Source of the DNA: Spirulina sp.
Lineage (GTDB): Bacteria; Cyanobacteriota; Cyanobacteriia; Phormidesmidales; Phormidesmidaceae
Length of the DNA: 64,000 bases
Direction of reading: 5' to 3'
NCBI GenBank assembly: GCA_044070495.1
Contig: JBIPSI010000002.1
Span: 32,001-96,000 of the forward strand
The position numbers and the translations under genes are program-made. The notes beneath the pieces were generated by a model that saw only the letters and a program-made list of their open reading frames with translations, was not told the DNA's origin and did not search any database. Positions 9,059 to 18,880 of this stretch are shown piece after piece (positions within the stretch are counted from its first letter, which is position 1; each line of letters opens with the position of its first letter).

Positions 9059-10030
9059 ATGTCCACCGCCGATATCCAAGCCTTTCTGAACGACCTCCAT
9101 GCCGAACTCCAGCCCCTGCGCCAAGGGCGGCTGGCCTGCTACATTCCAGAACTGGCCAAGGCCAACCCCGACTGGTTTGGTATTAGCGTGGTAACGCTGG
9201 ATGGGCGCAGCTTCGATGTGGGGGATGTGCAGCAAACCTTCACCATTCAGTCCATCTCTAAGGTGTTTGTCTACGGCATGGCCCTAGAGGATTATGGCCG
9301 CGAAAAACTGCTCAAAAAAGTGGGTGTAGAACCCACGGGCGACCCCTTTAATTCGCTGATTCGCCTAGATGAAGACTCGAAGCGACCCGACAACCCCATG
9401 GTGAATGCAGGGGCCATTGCCACCACCAGCCTGATCACCGGGCAAGACCCCGCCGACCGCCTCAACCGCCTGCTGGCTATGTTTCAGCGCTACGTGGGCC
9501 GTGAGGTATTTATCGATATGTCCACGTTTCTATCCGAAAAGGCGACAGGCCACCGCAACCGCGCCATGGCCCACCTAATGCTCAATTTCGGCCTGATCGA
9601 CGAACCCCTCGATGACGCTCTGGATCTTTATTTTCAGCAGTGTTCTGTGCTGGTAAACACCCACGATTTGGCCGTCATGGCCACCACCCTGGCCAACCGA
9701 GGCGTCAACCCCATCACCGGAGAGCAGGCCGTGGATGCGGCCCATGTCCGCGATATCCTCAGCGTTATGTATACCTGCGGCATGTACAACTTCGCCGGAG
9801 AATGGGCCTTTCGAGTGGGAATTCCAGCCAAAAGCGGCGTTTCTGGCGGCATTCTGGCCGTCGTGCCCAACCAGGCGGGCATTGCCGTCTTCTCGCCGCC
9901 CCTCGATAGCCACGGCAACAGTGTGCGGGGGCTAAAGGTGTTTGAGGCCCTCTCCCAGGAGTACGGGTTCCACCTGTTTGACCTGTCTCTGGGCCGATGC
10001 CGCTTCACCGCAGCCCTGGGCAACGGGTGA
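9059..10030 (+). CDS. glsA: Glutaminase A
   Basis: YIPELA, QSISK (SxxK), [23 protein letters not shown]. Confidence 0.95.
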   Translation: MSTADIQAFLNDLHAELQPLRQGRLACYIPELAKANPDWFGISVVTLDGRSFDVGDVQQTFTIQSISKVFVYGMALEDYGREKLLKKVGVEPTGDPFNSLIRLDEDSKRPDNPMVNAGAIATTSLITGQDPADRLNRLLAMFQRYVGREVFIDMSTFLSEKATGHRNRAMAHLMLNFGLIDEPLDDALDLYFQQCSVLVNTHDLAVMATTLANRGVNPITGEQAVDAAHVRDILSVMYTCGMYNFAGEWAFRVGIPAKSGVSGGILAVVPNQAGIAVFSPPLDSHGNSVRGLKVFEALSQEYGFHLFDLSLGRCRFTAALGNG

Positions 10031-10112
10031 GGAACTATCTTGGACGAGTGCCAATTGGCGGCGGCGGCGCTATCATGGGCAGACTGTAGGCGACGTTCTC
10101 CCCCCAGCCCCC

Positions 10113-10628
10113 ATGAAAGGATTTTTGATCGGCCTGTCGAAATTGATCTTGGGCATCACCATTGCCCTGGCCCTGTTGTCCATGGCTGGGGTGGCGACGG
10201 CCCGTTACTTCATGGCTCGTTTGGCGGTGCTGCCTCCCAAACCGCTCTACGGCCAGGAATTGCCCGCTGCTCCTGTACCGGAAGCCGCCGCTCCCGCCGC
10301 TGACCCCGCTGCGCCACCCCCTGCGGCCCCTGCCCCCGCTGCCGCCCCTCCCGCTGCCGAGGCCCCTGCACCGGAGACTCCCACTCCACCGGAAGCCGCC
10401 GCCGCAGAACTACCCCCCGGCAGCTACCCAGCGGTGGTGACGCAACCCATCGGGTTGATTATCCGTTCTGGCCCCGGCACCGAGCATGGCCAAGTGGGCG
10501 GTGTAGACTACAACGCTGAATTAATCGTGCTAGAAGAACCCGCCGACCAGGGCTGGATTAAGGTGCGGGTCGCCAGCACCGGAGCCGAGGGCTGGGTGAA
10601 GGCGGGCAACACCCGCCGTCAGGAATAG
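10113..10628 (+). CDS. Membrane-anchored SH3b-domain protein with a Pro/Ala linker
   Basis: N-terminal TM, PAAP-rich linker, LIIRSGPG...GWIKV...EGWVK SH3b pattern. Confidence 0.8.
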   Translation: MKGFLIGLSKLILGITIALALLSMAGVATARYFMARLAVLPPKPLYGQELPAAPVPEAAAPAADPAAPPPAAPAPAAAPPAAEAPAPETPTPPEAAAAELPPGSYPAVVTQPIGLIIRSGPGTEHGQVGGVDYNAELIVLEEPADQGWIKVRVASTGAEGWVKAGNTRRQE

Positions 10629-11827
10629 GCTTCGACGCAGCGGGCAAACATTTCAACCCCAAGGCTGAGGGCGGTTTCATCGAAATCGAAGCGGGGGTGA
10701 TGGTGGGGGTAGGCGAGGGCCTGATCCACATTGGCCGAACCCAGGAAAAAGTAGCATCCCGGCACTTCTTGCAGGAAAAAGGCCATGTCTTCGCCGCCCA
10801 TGGTGTGGCAATCGGGCACCACCCCCGCCGGAGTTTCCACCACCGCCAAGGCCACCGACCGCACCAGTTCGGCCATGGCGGCATCGTTTACCACGGGTGG
10901 GTAGAGGGCTTGGTAGTCGAGCTGATAGGTTGCGCCCTGGCTTTGGCAAATGCCCGCCACGATTTGTTCGATGCGAGGGGCAAAGTAATCGGCATAGCGG
11001 GGGTCGAAGTAGCGCACGGTGCCCGCCAGTTCGGCCATGTCGGCAATCACGTTGGGGGCATGGCCGCTGTGGAACTTGCCGATGCTCACCACCGCCGACT
11101 GGATGGGATCAATATTGCGAGCCACAATGGTTTGGAGAGCATTCACAAGCTGGGCACCCACCACGATGGAATCCACGGTTTGGTGGGGCAGCGCCCCGTG
11201 GCCACCCTTGCCCTGCACCGTGATTTTGAAGAGTTCCGTCGCCGCCATCAGCGGGCCGTTGCGTACCCCCACCGTGCCTAGGGGCAGGTTATTCCACAGG
11301 TGTAGGCCGATGATGGCCTCTACGTCGGGGTTCTTCAGCGCCCCCGCCTCAATCATCGGTTTTGCCCCCCCTGGGCCTTCCTCGGCAGGCTGAAAAATTA
11401 CCTTCACCGTGCCCCGCCACTGGTCTCGGTGTTGGGACAGGTAGCGCACCGTGCCTAGGGCAATGGCCACATGGCCATCGTGGCCACAGGCGTGCATCAC
11501 CCCATCGTGCTGCGAGCGGTAGGGCACTTGATTTTCTTCGTGGATGGGCAGGGCGTCCATGTCGGCCCGAATGCCCAGCACAGGCCCCGGCTGTCCGCTT
11601 TCAATCACCGCGACGATTCCCGTTTTGGCGATACCCGTCTGGTGAGGAATACCCCAATCGGTGAGCTGTTGCTGAATGAACGCCGCCGTCAGATTCTCGC
11701 GAAAACCAAGCTCTGGGCGTTGATGCAGGTGTCGTCGCCAAGCCACCAGGTCTGGGCGCAGGGCTTGGATGGCGGGTCGAATTTTGTCAGCATGGATCAG
11801 CCGGGGCGGCAGGGTCGTCGCAAACAT
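10619..11827 (-). CDS. M20D amidohydrolase (N-acyl-L-amino acid amidohydrolase-like)
   Basis: RRHLHQRPELGFRE, RADMDALP, MHACGHDGH, FQPAEEG, GGEDM, HHHPRF. Confidence 0.92.
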   Translation of the reverse strand: MFATTLPPRLIHADKIRPAIQALRPDLVAWRRHLHQRPELGFRENLTAAFIQQQLTDWGIPHQTGIAKTGIVAVIESGQPGPVLGIRADMDALPIHEENQVPYRSQHDGVMHACGHDGHVAIALGTVRYLSQHRDQWRGTVKVIFQPAEEGPGGAKPMIEAGALKNPDVEAIIGLHLWNNLPLGTVGVRNGPLMAATELFKITVQGKGGHGALPHQTVDSIVVGAQLVNALQTIVARNIDPIQSAVVSIGKFHSGHAPNVIADMAELAGTVRYFDPRYADYFAPRIEQIVAGICQSQGATYQLDYQALYPPVVNDAAMAELVRSVALAVVETPAGVVPDCHTMGGEDMAFFLQEVPGCYFFLGSANVDQALAYPHHHPRFDFDETALSLGVEMFARCVEAYS

Positions 11828-12306
11828 AGGAGATTTTGTAGGACTAGATTAGGAAACTTGTAATCCTTGAGAATCAAGAATTGGCAACAAGATCAAGAAA
11901 TGGCAACGTTCTTGGTTCTAGAGGTTCGGCAACCCCAAAGATGCAAAAATCCTGAACGTCAGCGAATCTAGAAACCGCTGCAAGGCCAACATCATGATCT
12001 GGGTGAAGACCATAGGGAGCGATGGGCCACTAGGGTGATTATACCGGATTACTCCAAGGTCGGCCTGAGCCTTGAGTGACCATGGGGCGGTGCTTCATCA
12101 GGGTCTCCTTCACCCTAGGAGGGCAGGTCGAGCCTTACCCTGGGCCGTCTCCCCAGACGCTAAACATCCTGACGGTTAGGGCTTATCCTGGAATGTATAC
12201 AATGGATTTGGCACGCCCAAGTACGGCTAGTCCGTGGGATTTGGTGTGCCCAAGTGCGGCCAGTGCGTTCCTCAACTCGGATAGATCACGGTTAGGAGAG
12301 TCTCAG

Positions 12307-13470
12307 ATGTACAAGTTGAAAGTGGTAATTGTGGGGGCCGGAATCGGCGGATTAACCACGGGGATTGCCATGAAGCAGGCGGGCTACCAGGTCGAGGTGT
12401 ACGACCGGGTGACGGAACTCCGTCCGGCGGGGGCTGGGATTTCCCTGTGGTCGAACGGGGTGAAGGTGCTGAACCGCCTGGGGCTAGGGGAAAAACTGGC
12501 GGCCATCGGCGGCGAAATGAACGCCATGGAATACCGCAGCCACACCGACGAACAACTGAGCTATGTCGATCTGCATCCCCTCTTCGAGCAGGTGGGACAA
12601 CGGCCCTATCCCGTCGCTAGAGCCGACCTACAGACCATGCTGCTAGAGGAATTTGGCCCCGAAAACGTCCATCTGGGGATGCCCTGTGTGGCGGTGGAGC
12701 AGGATGAGCAGTCGGCCACCGCTATCTTTGAAAACGGCCATCGGGCCACGGGGGATCTGGTAATTGGGGCCGATGGCGTCCATTCCGCCGTGCGAGCCCA
12801 CGTGCTGGGGCGGTCGGTGTCGCGTCGCTATGCCCGCTACGTCAACTGGAATGGCCTAGTCGCCGTCGATGAGTCTCTCTGCGCCAAGGATCGCTGGGTG
12901 ATCTACGTGGGCGAGAGCAAACGCGCCTCCATGATGCCCGTGGGCGGGGATCGTTTCTATTTCTTCTTCGGTGCACCCATGGTCGAAGGAACCCAGGTAG
13001 ACCCGGCCCATCGCCGCGATGAGCTAGCGGACATCTTCCAGGGCTGGCCCACCGCCGTGCAGCGCCTGATCGAAGCCATCGACCCCCACAGCACCAACCG
13101 CCTGGAAATTGGCGATATTGACCCCCTAGAGCGTCTGGTGCGAGGCCGCATTGCCCTGCTGGGAGACTCGGCCCACGCCACCACCCCCACCCTAGGCCAG
13201 GGCGGCTGCCAAGCCATTGAAGGGGCGGAGGTACTGACCCGCTATCTGCTCACCACCACCATCAGCGTGCCCGATGCCCTCAACCGCTACGAAAAGGCCC
13301 GTAAAGATCGCACCGCTGAACTCGTCCTCAAAGCCCGCAAGCGTAGCAGTGTGATCTACGGCCACGAACCCTCCGCCACCCAGCAGTGGTACCGCGACCT
13401 CAAGCAAGAACCCCCCGAATCCGTGATTAACGCCCTGGCGAAGGTGATTCTAACTGGGCCAATGGGCTAG
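12307..13470 (+). CDS. hpxO: FAD-dependent monooxygenase, urate hydroxylase HpxO-like
   Basis: GAGIGG, AGISLWSNGVK, GQRPYPVARADLQ, YVNWNGLV, GDSAHATTPTLGQGGCQA; Shine-Dalgarno AGGAGAG before ATG 12307. Confidence 0.8.
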   Translation: MYKLKVVIVGAGIGGLTTGIAMKQAGYQVEVYDRVTELRPAGAGISLWSNGVKVLNRLGLGEKLAAIGGEMNAMEYRSHTDEQLSYVDLHPLFEQVGQRPYPVARADLQTMLLEEFGPENVHLGMPCVAVEQDEQSATAIFENGHRATGDLVIGADGVHSAVRAHVLGRSVSRRYARYVNWNGLVAVDESLCAKDRWVIYVGESKRASMMPVGGDRFYFFFGAPMVEGTQVDPAHRRDELADIFQGWPTAVQRLIEAIDPHSTNRLEIGDIDPLERLVRGRIALLGDSAHATTPTLGQGGCQAIEGAEVLTRYLLTTTISVPDALNRYEKARKDRTAELVLKARKRSSVIYGHEPSATQQWYRDLKQEPPESVINALAKVILTGPMG

Positions 13471-13487
13471 GGATCACCGGATCCGCA

Positions 13488-13562
13488 GGCGAGGAGACCT
13501 TGTGTCTACGGGTTGGGTTGTTGCTGATATGAACGGGCGAGGAGACCTCGCCCCTACGGGTT
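13488..13562 (-). repeat. Two GTAG-type REP palindromes between convergent hpxO and mrpF
   Basis: GGCGAGGAGACCTTGTGTCTACGGGTT and GGGCGAGGAGACCTCGCCCCTACGGGTT. Confidence 0.7.
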
Positions 13563-13614
13563 GTCGGGTGGGGAATTGGGGTTTTCTAATACGGTTTTGC
13601 TATGGGCTATCGTA

Positions 13615-13890
13615 TTAGCTATTCATCACAGTACTCAGGCGTTTGAGAACTTGGGCTAACAACATCAGAGCCGCATTGCCGACGCTGAGAATTAAAATTC
13701 CCACCACGCCGATCATCCAGTCATCGCGCAACACCGAAATCACTAGGATCATCACCGAAGTCTTGGTGGCAATGCTGGCAAAGGCCAACATTCGCTGCCA
13801 AATGTCTTCATCGCGAAAGGCTTCCACCATGGGGATCAATAGCGCCCCAATCATGGCGATCAGCATGAGGGTCATCGGTTGACTGGTCAT
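13615..13890 (-). CDS. mrpF: Mrp/Mnh Na+/H+ antiporter subunit F-like
   Basis: 91 aa, three TM helices, overlaps the mrpE stop; position in the operon. Confidence 0.7.
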   Translation of the reverse strand: MTSQPMTLMLIAMIGALLIPMVEAFRDEDIWQRMLAFASIATKTSVMILVISVLRDDWMIGVVGILILSVGNAALMLLAQVLKRLSTVMNS

Positions 13891-14276
13891 GGGCTGGGCC
13901 TCCGGGTAATACGGTGAACTTCGTACCAGCCCTGCTCTCGGTAGTGCTGGACGATGGTTTTTGGGGTGAAGGTAATCAGAAAAATATCGAGGAAAATTAG
14001 GCTGGGGGATCGCCGAGGTTTGGCCCGTTCCACGGTCACCACTTCATGATTGTGGGGGCGAAACATGATTTCAAAGGCTTCAAAATAGGCTTGGGGAATG
14101 GCCACCACCACTTCCCACAGCGTCCGCAGCCAGTCTTTTAAACGCCCCGGATTGGTGACGCCCCTAGGCAACAGTAGGGCTACGCTCACCCCAATTAAAA
14201 TGTTAGGCCAACTGAAATCTGCTGTCAGCAAAAACCAGATGGTCAAACGCAGCAGAATGTTTAAATATCCCGTCAT
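13887..14276 (-). CDS. mrpE: Mrp/Mnh subunit E
   Basis: IWFLLT...NILIG N-terminus and LITFTPKT motif (cf. ITLTPGT). Confidence 0.85.
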   Translation of the reverse strand: MTGYLNILLRLTIWFLLTADFSWPNILIGVSVALLLPRGVTNPGRLKDWLRTLWEVVVAIPQAYFEAFEIMFRPHNHEVVTVERAKPRRSPSLIFLDIFLITFTPKTIVQHYREQGWYEVHRITRRPSP

Positions 14277-15706
14277 ACCAATACCATCCCTAATAGTCCT
14301 AAAATTGCTAGCGCCATCATGCCAATCAGATGCTCAAATTCCTCCAGCATACGGGGTAGTTTCACGGTCAATCGACGGATGAGAACCAGGTAGATTAACC
14401 ATCCCAAAAAAATTGTGGCTAGGGGTTTAAGGACGTTATCCCAAGTATAGGCTTCGTAGTACACCACGTTAGCCGCTACTAGCCCACCCAGCAACAGAAC
14501 CATCGCTGGCCAAAAACCAGATTTCACCGCTTGGCTGGGGTCAGCTTTTTGGGGTAAGAAGATGAATTTTGCAAAGGAAATAGATGTGCCTAGGGCCGCT
14601 AGATTCATGGCGATCACCTGCCAGTCTGCCAGGTTTTTCATGGTTAGCACCTTGGCCCCAAACCCTGACAATAACGGGAATCCAGAGATGGAGAAACTGG
14701 CGATCACCAGGGCAATCCAAATGGGGCGGTGAATGGGCTGATCGTGCAGGGCTTTGAAATTTCGGTTGGGCAAATTCCCAGCGCAGAGAAACAGCGCCGC
14801 CTTCACAAAACCGTGGGTGAGAGCATAGAAGCCACCCACCTCTGGAGCCGCCAACACAAACCCCATCTGGGAAATGGTGTGGAAGGCGAGCATTCGTTTG
14901 GTGTCTTTTTCAAACATGGCATAGGCTACCCCTAAAAGGGCCGTAGCCACCCCAAACAGGCGCACCAGCGGGTCAAGTTCCCCTACTAGTAAGGCCATGC
15001 GGGCTAGGGGAAAAACCCCTGCTTTGACCACCACCCCAGACAGCAGCGCCGAAACCGGACTTTCCGATTCGGAATGGGTGAGCGGTAGCCATAGACCCGA
15101 CACAAAAATACCGCCCTTGGTGAGCAGTCCTAATAGAATCAACGCCTGGGCTTCGATGGGAGCATCTGCCAACCCAGTAAACGTAAAGGACTGGCGGGTT
15201 TGGTAGACCAAAATGGCCCCCACCAGGTAAAACAGCATGGCCGTGTTGCTAACAAATAGATAGCGCAGAGCGACCCATAGGGTTTTGTCGCTGCGGGGGT
15301 AGGCAATCAGCAAAAAGGCAGCAACGCCAATCACCTCTAGAGCCACATAGAGACTAATTAAATCAGCACAGATAAAAGCCGCATTAACACTACCGTGCAA
15401 AATGATGGTCTGAGTGTAGAAAAACGATGGCTTCCCGCTGGGCCAACAGTAGAGAATTACTGCCGCCGTTACGAGGGCATTAGTCAAAATAAAAAAGGCG
15501 CTGAGGTCATCCACTAAAAGCGTGACACCAAAGCTATCGAGTAAATGGAGTTCGAGGGGGAAGGATTGAAGAAAAATCCCCCCGGCATAGGCGAGGGAAA
15601 CCAGGGTGACGCCAAAGGCCAAAAATCGGGCAGCCTGGGGCAATAGATAAATGCTAAAGCCGATAAAAAACGGCAGCGTGACCCACAGCAAGGAGCTTAG
15701 CGCCAT
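14273..15706 (-). CDS. mrpD: Mrp/Mnh subunit D-like antiporter, copy 2
   Basis: DLISLYVALEV, WLPLTHSESESPVSALLSGVVVKAG, KRMLAFHTISQMG. Confidence 0.88.
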   Translation of the reverse strand: MALSSLLWVTLPFFIGFSIYLLPQAARFLAFGVTLVSLAYAGGIFLQSFPLELHLLDSFGVTLLVDDLSAFFILTNALVTAAVILYCWPSGKPSFFYTQTIILHGSVNAAFICADLISLYVALEVIGVAAFLLIAYPRSDKTLWVALRYLFVSNTAMLFYLVGAILVYQTRQSFTFTGLADAPIEAQALILLGLLTKGGIFVSGLWLPLTHSESESPVSALLSGVVVKAGVFPLARMALLVGELDPLVRLFGVATALLGVAYAMFEKDTKRMLAFHTISQMGFVLAAPEVGGFYALTHGFVKAALFLCAGNLPNRNFKALHDQPIHRPIWIALVIASFSISGFPLLSGFGAKVLTMKNLADWQVIAMNLAALGTSISFAKFIFLPQKADPSQAVKSGFWPAMVLLLGGLVAANVVYYEAYTWDNVLKPLATIFLGWLIYLVLIRRLTVKLPRMLEEFEHLIGMMALAILGLLGMVLV

Positions 15707-15773
15707 GGCCTACCCCTCCCGGTCAATAAACCGATGCATGGATCTAGCCATGGACAGAAATTCGCAGTAGTTT

Positions 15774-17225
15774 TTACCACGACCATGACCAAACCATCCA
15801 AAATACGAAAACCAACATCACGCTCATGCCACCAATGAGATTTTCAAAGTTTTCCATCACCCTGGGGATTGTCAACGGCGTTGTTCGTATCCATTGCCCC
15901 CAGACTAGCCAGCCCGCACCAATTACCCCCAAGGCTTTGAGAACATTAAACCAGGTGAGTGTTTGCGGCAGGTAGGCCAAATTTAGGCCCACTAAAGCCG
16001 TCAGCAGCAGCAACAGTGACACCCCTAATCCAGGATTTTTGACGAAGGCCTGGAAGTCATGGCGACGGTGGGGGAGAAAGATAAATTTAGCGTAGAGAAT
16101 TGCGGTTCCCACGGCAGCGAGATTGAGTACCCAACTTTGCCAGGGCAAAACCGCCTTGAGCGTCAACATTTTGGTGCTAAAGCCAAGGAATAAGGGAAAC
16201 CCTGAAATCGAGAGACTAGCTAGGGTAATGGGGAGCCAAAGCTGAGTGTCGATGGGATTTTGGCGCAGGGTGGGCAGGTCGCGGCTGGGCAAGTTACCCA
16301 CTCCAAGGAAGAGGGCCGCTTTACCGAGGCCATGGGCCAAGGCGTAGGGGCCAGCCACACTGGGGGCGACTAACACCCAGCCCAACTGCGAGAGGGTGCT
16401 ACAGGCCAGAACGCGCTTGGTATCGCGGTCAAAGAGGGCATAAAGTACCCCCAGCAGAGCCGCAGCCATGCCAAATAATCTGACGAGGGGAAGTAACTCC
16501 TCCATCATCAAGGCACAGCGCACCAGGGGAAATACCCCCGCCTTGACGACCACCCCAGACAACAGGGCCGATACCGGGCTTTCCGATTCCGCGTGGGTGA
16601 GGGGGAGCCACAACCCCGACACAAAAATCCCCCCTTTGGCCAGCAGCCCCACCACAATTAAAACCAGCGCTTCAAGGGGAGCATTGAGCAGCCCAGAAAA
16701 GGCAAAGGACTGGTTGGATTGGTAGACCAAAATGGCTCCTACCAAGTAGAACAACATGGCCGTATTACTGATAAATAGGTAGCGCAGAGCCACCCATAGG
16801 GTGCGGTCTTGGCGAGGGTAGGCCACCAAAAGGAAGGCGGCAATTCCAATCACCTCCAGGGCCACGTATAGGCTAATGAAATCAGCACAGATAAAGGCCG
16901 AGTTGAGACTGCCGTGGAGAATGATGGCCTGGGTGTAGAAAAATGAGGTTTTTGGGGTGCGCCAACAGTAGAGAATGACCGCCGCCGTTACGAGGGTATT
17001 CGTCAGAATAAAAAAGGCGCTGAGATTGTCAATGAGAAGAATAACCCCAAAGCTATCCAACAGATTTAAATTAAGGGAAGCCGGATGCAGAAACACCCCT
17101 AGGGTGTAGGCCAAGGAGACCAGCGTTACCCCCAAGGCTAGGACGCGGTCAGCCTTGGGCAAGAGATAAATACTAAACCCAGCCAACAGGGGCAGGGTAA
17201 TCCAGATAACGGTAAATATTGTCAT
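15774..17225 (-). CDS. mrpD: Mrp/Mnh subunit D-like antiporter, copy 1
   Basis: Paralog of 14273-15706: DFISLYVALEV, WLPLTHAESESPVSALLSG, KRVLACSTLSQLG. Confidence 0.88.
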   Translation of the reverse strand: MTIFTVIWITLPLLAGFSIYLLPKADRVLALGVTLVSLAYTLGVFLHPASLNLNLLDSFGVILLIDNLSAFFILTNTLVTAAVILYCWRTPKTSFFYTQAIILHGSLNSAFICADFISLYVALEVIGIAAFLLVAYPRQDRTLWVALRYLFISNTAMLFYLVGAILVYQSNQSFAFSGLLNAPLEALVLIVVGLLAKGGIFVSGLWLPLTHAESESPVSALLSGVVVKAGVFPLVRCALMMEELLPLVRLFGMAAALLGVLYALFDRDTKRVLACSTLSQLGWVLVAPSVAGPYALAHGLGKAALFLGVGNLPSRDLPTLRQNPIDTQLWLPITLASLSISGFPLFLGFSTKMLTLKAVLPWQSWVLNLAAVGTAILYAKFIFLPHRRHDFQAFVKNPGLGVSLLLLLTALVGLNLAYLPQTLTWFNVLKALGVIGAGWLVWGQWIRTTPLTIPRVMENFENLIGGMSVMLVFVFWMVWSWSW

Positions 17226-17578
17226 GGCTCATACCCCTTTTCGATGACGCGAGTTTCTAGGGTGGGGTTATCCCTGGCTAATTTCATCACCCCTACCAGC
17301 ATCAAGGCCTGAATCGAAAAGCCGATGACAATGGCCGTTAAAATTACCGCCTGGGGTACAGGGTCAGCATAGGAGGACTTAGGCGTTTCGGTGAGAATGG
17401 GGGTGTACACTCCGGTTCTAGCCGCCACCAGAACAAACAGCGCAACAACTCCAGTACTCATCACATCCATGGCGATAATTTTCATCACCAGATTTTCCTT
17501 GAAGATAATGCCCAAAAAGCCCATCAAAATCGTGGCATAGACGCAGGCATAAAGTATGGTATCTCCCCCTAGCTGCAT
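17222..17578 (-). CDS. mrpC: Mrp/Mnh subunit C
   Basis: NLVMKIIAMDVM and ADPVPQAVILTAIVIGFS motifs. Confidence 0.92.
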   Translation of the reverse strand: MQLGGDTILYACVYATILMGFLGIIFKENLVMKIIAMDVMSTGVVALFVLVAARTGVYTPILTETPKSSYADPVPQAVILTAIVIGFSIQALMLVGVMKLARDNPTLETRVIEKGYEP

Positions 17579-17636
17579 TTTGGTTTAGCTCCCCTCAATT
17601 ACGGCGTTGATAACGTCTAGATTACGACTTAACCTT

Positions 17637-18710
17637 TTAAGATTGTGTAACGAGCCAGGTTAACCCCGTGGCCATAACAATAATTTGTAAACTCAGCAAA
17701 AGCCAATCAGCCCACATCACCCGCCTTGTCCAAACCTCCTCATTTTTATCGACCCAGTAGGCGGTAACAATCACCTCGACAATGGAGGCAAAAATCAGGA
17801 TGTAGGCAATCACGTAGATTTCATCCATCAGCACGAGATAGCCTAAGTCGGGGAGGGCATCTGCATAGGTTTCTTGCAGAAAAACGGTGGTGAGTAGGGC
17901 TGTCACTGGCAGCGCCACCCGTGAATCAATATGCTGGGGTGCGAGCAACAGAGCGGCACAGCTTGAGGCCAATACAATCAACAGCGGCAACAACAATTTC
18001 CAAGTAAAGAAGCTCCAGGGGCGGGCAATATTGAGGGAATAGCGCAGCACCGAATGTTCTGACCGACTCGGCAAACGGGGATCGCCAAAGTTGGTGTCGT
18101 AGGTTCTCACCAGGCTATCGATGGTGGAGCCTACAATTGACCAGCCGGGGATGGTTAAAAACTGGGAATAGCCCGATGCCTCGTCATCCGCGACATAGAT
18201 AAGTTGATCTGTGGTGTAGGCCGAGTTCTCCATAAAAATGCTGAGGTTGTACTGATCGAGGGGATAGCGTTTGAGGTCAAAGGATTGGAGGAAGCGCCCT
18301 TCTACCCGTGAGATTTGGTAAAAACTGCCATCGGGCAACCGTTCTGGCTCAGGGTGGGCGGGGACAGACATCATCGACCAATCGCTAATGCTGTTGGTGA
18401 CTTCTAAATAGGTGATTGGGTCAATATCTCCTTGCCACTTAAACCACATATAGAAATCGGCATAAAAAGAATTGCTTTTGAGATCGATATCGTAAATGCT
18501 GACGGCAAAAATTCCGGTTTCTACCCGCTCGACTTGGGTGGATAGGGAGACGGGCTGCCTCGGAGAAGCTGGGGGCAAAAATGACCACTGACCTAGGCTA
18601 ATTTTGAGGCTGATGAGGAGGATTCCTACACCCAAAAGCAATAGCATAGACAGAGCCTTTGGAAAGTTCTCTGTGACTTCAGTCCACCGCCGAAATGGAA
18701 ACAGATGCAT
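17637..18710 (-). CDS. Pentameric ligand-gated ion channel subunit (GLIC/ELIC-like), copy B
   Basis: Beta-sandwich pattern VETGIF...FYADFYMWFKW, Pro-loop DLKRYPLDQYNL, IPGWSI, pre-M1 Arg and M1 WKLLLP, M2 DSRVALPVTALLTTVFLQE, M2-M3 loop LPDLGYL, then M3 and M4. Confidence 0.88.
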   Translation of the reverse strand: MHLFPFRRWTEVTENFPKALSMLLLLGVGILLISLKISLGQWSFLPPASPRQPVSLSTQVERVETGIFAVSIYDIDLKSNSFYADFYMWFKWQGDIDPITYLEVTNSISDWSMMSVPAHPEPERLPDGSFYQISRVEGRFLQSFDLKRYPLDQYNLSIFMENSAYTTDQLIYVADDEASGYSQFLTIPGWSIVGSTIDSLVRTYDTNFGDPRLPSRSEHSVLRYSLNIARPWSFFTWKLLLPLLIVLASSCAALLLAPQHIDSRVALPVTALLTTVFLQETYADALPDLGYLVLMDEIYVIAYILIFASIVEVIVTAYWVDKNEEVWTRRVMWADWLLLSLQIIVMATGLTWLVTQS

Positions 18711-18880
18711 CGCCAACGTCCAGCAAAGATGGAGTCAGTTTAGCGCTTCTATCCCCTTCACTCTATCCCTTTTCCCAAGACGGTTATCGCTCATACATAG
18801 GGCTGAGGGGAGATCCCAGGGTTCTTACTGGCAATCGGTTAAGGAACCTGTCCAGCGGTGACAGAACCCTGGGATCTAAG

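Noticed and set aside
12076..12306. N-terminal extensions in the ORF track (hpxO; likewise glsA, nhaS3, ftsW, DUF2993, CLC)
   Set aside because: Family motifs begin at downstream start codons, some with Shine-Dalgarno sequences; the extensions are probably untranslated.
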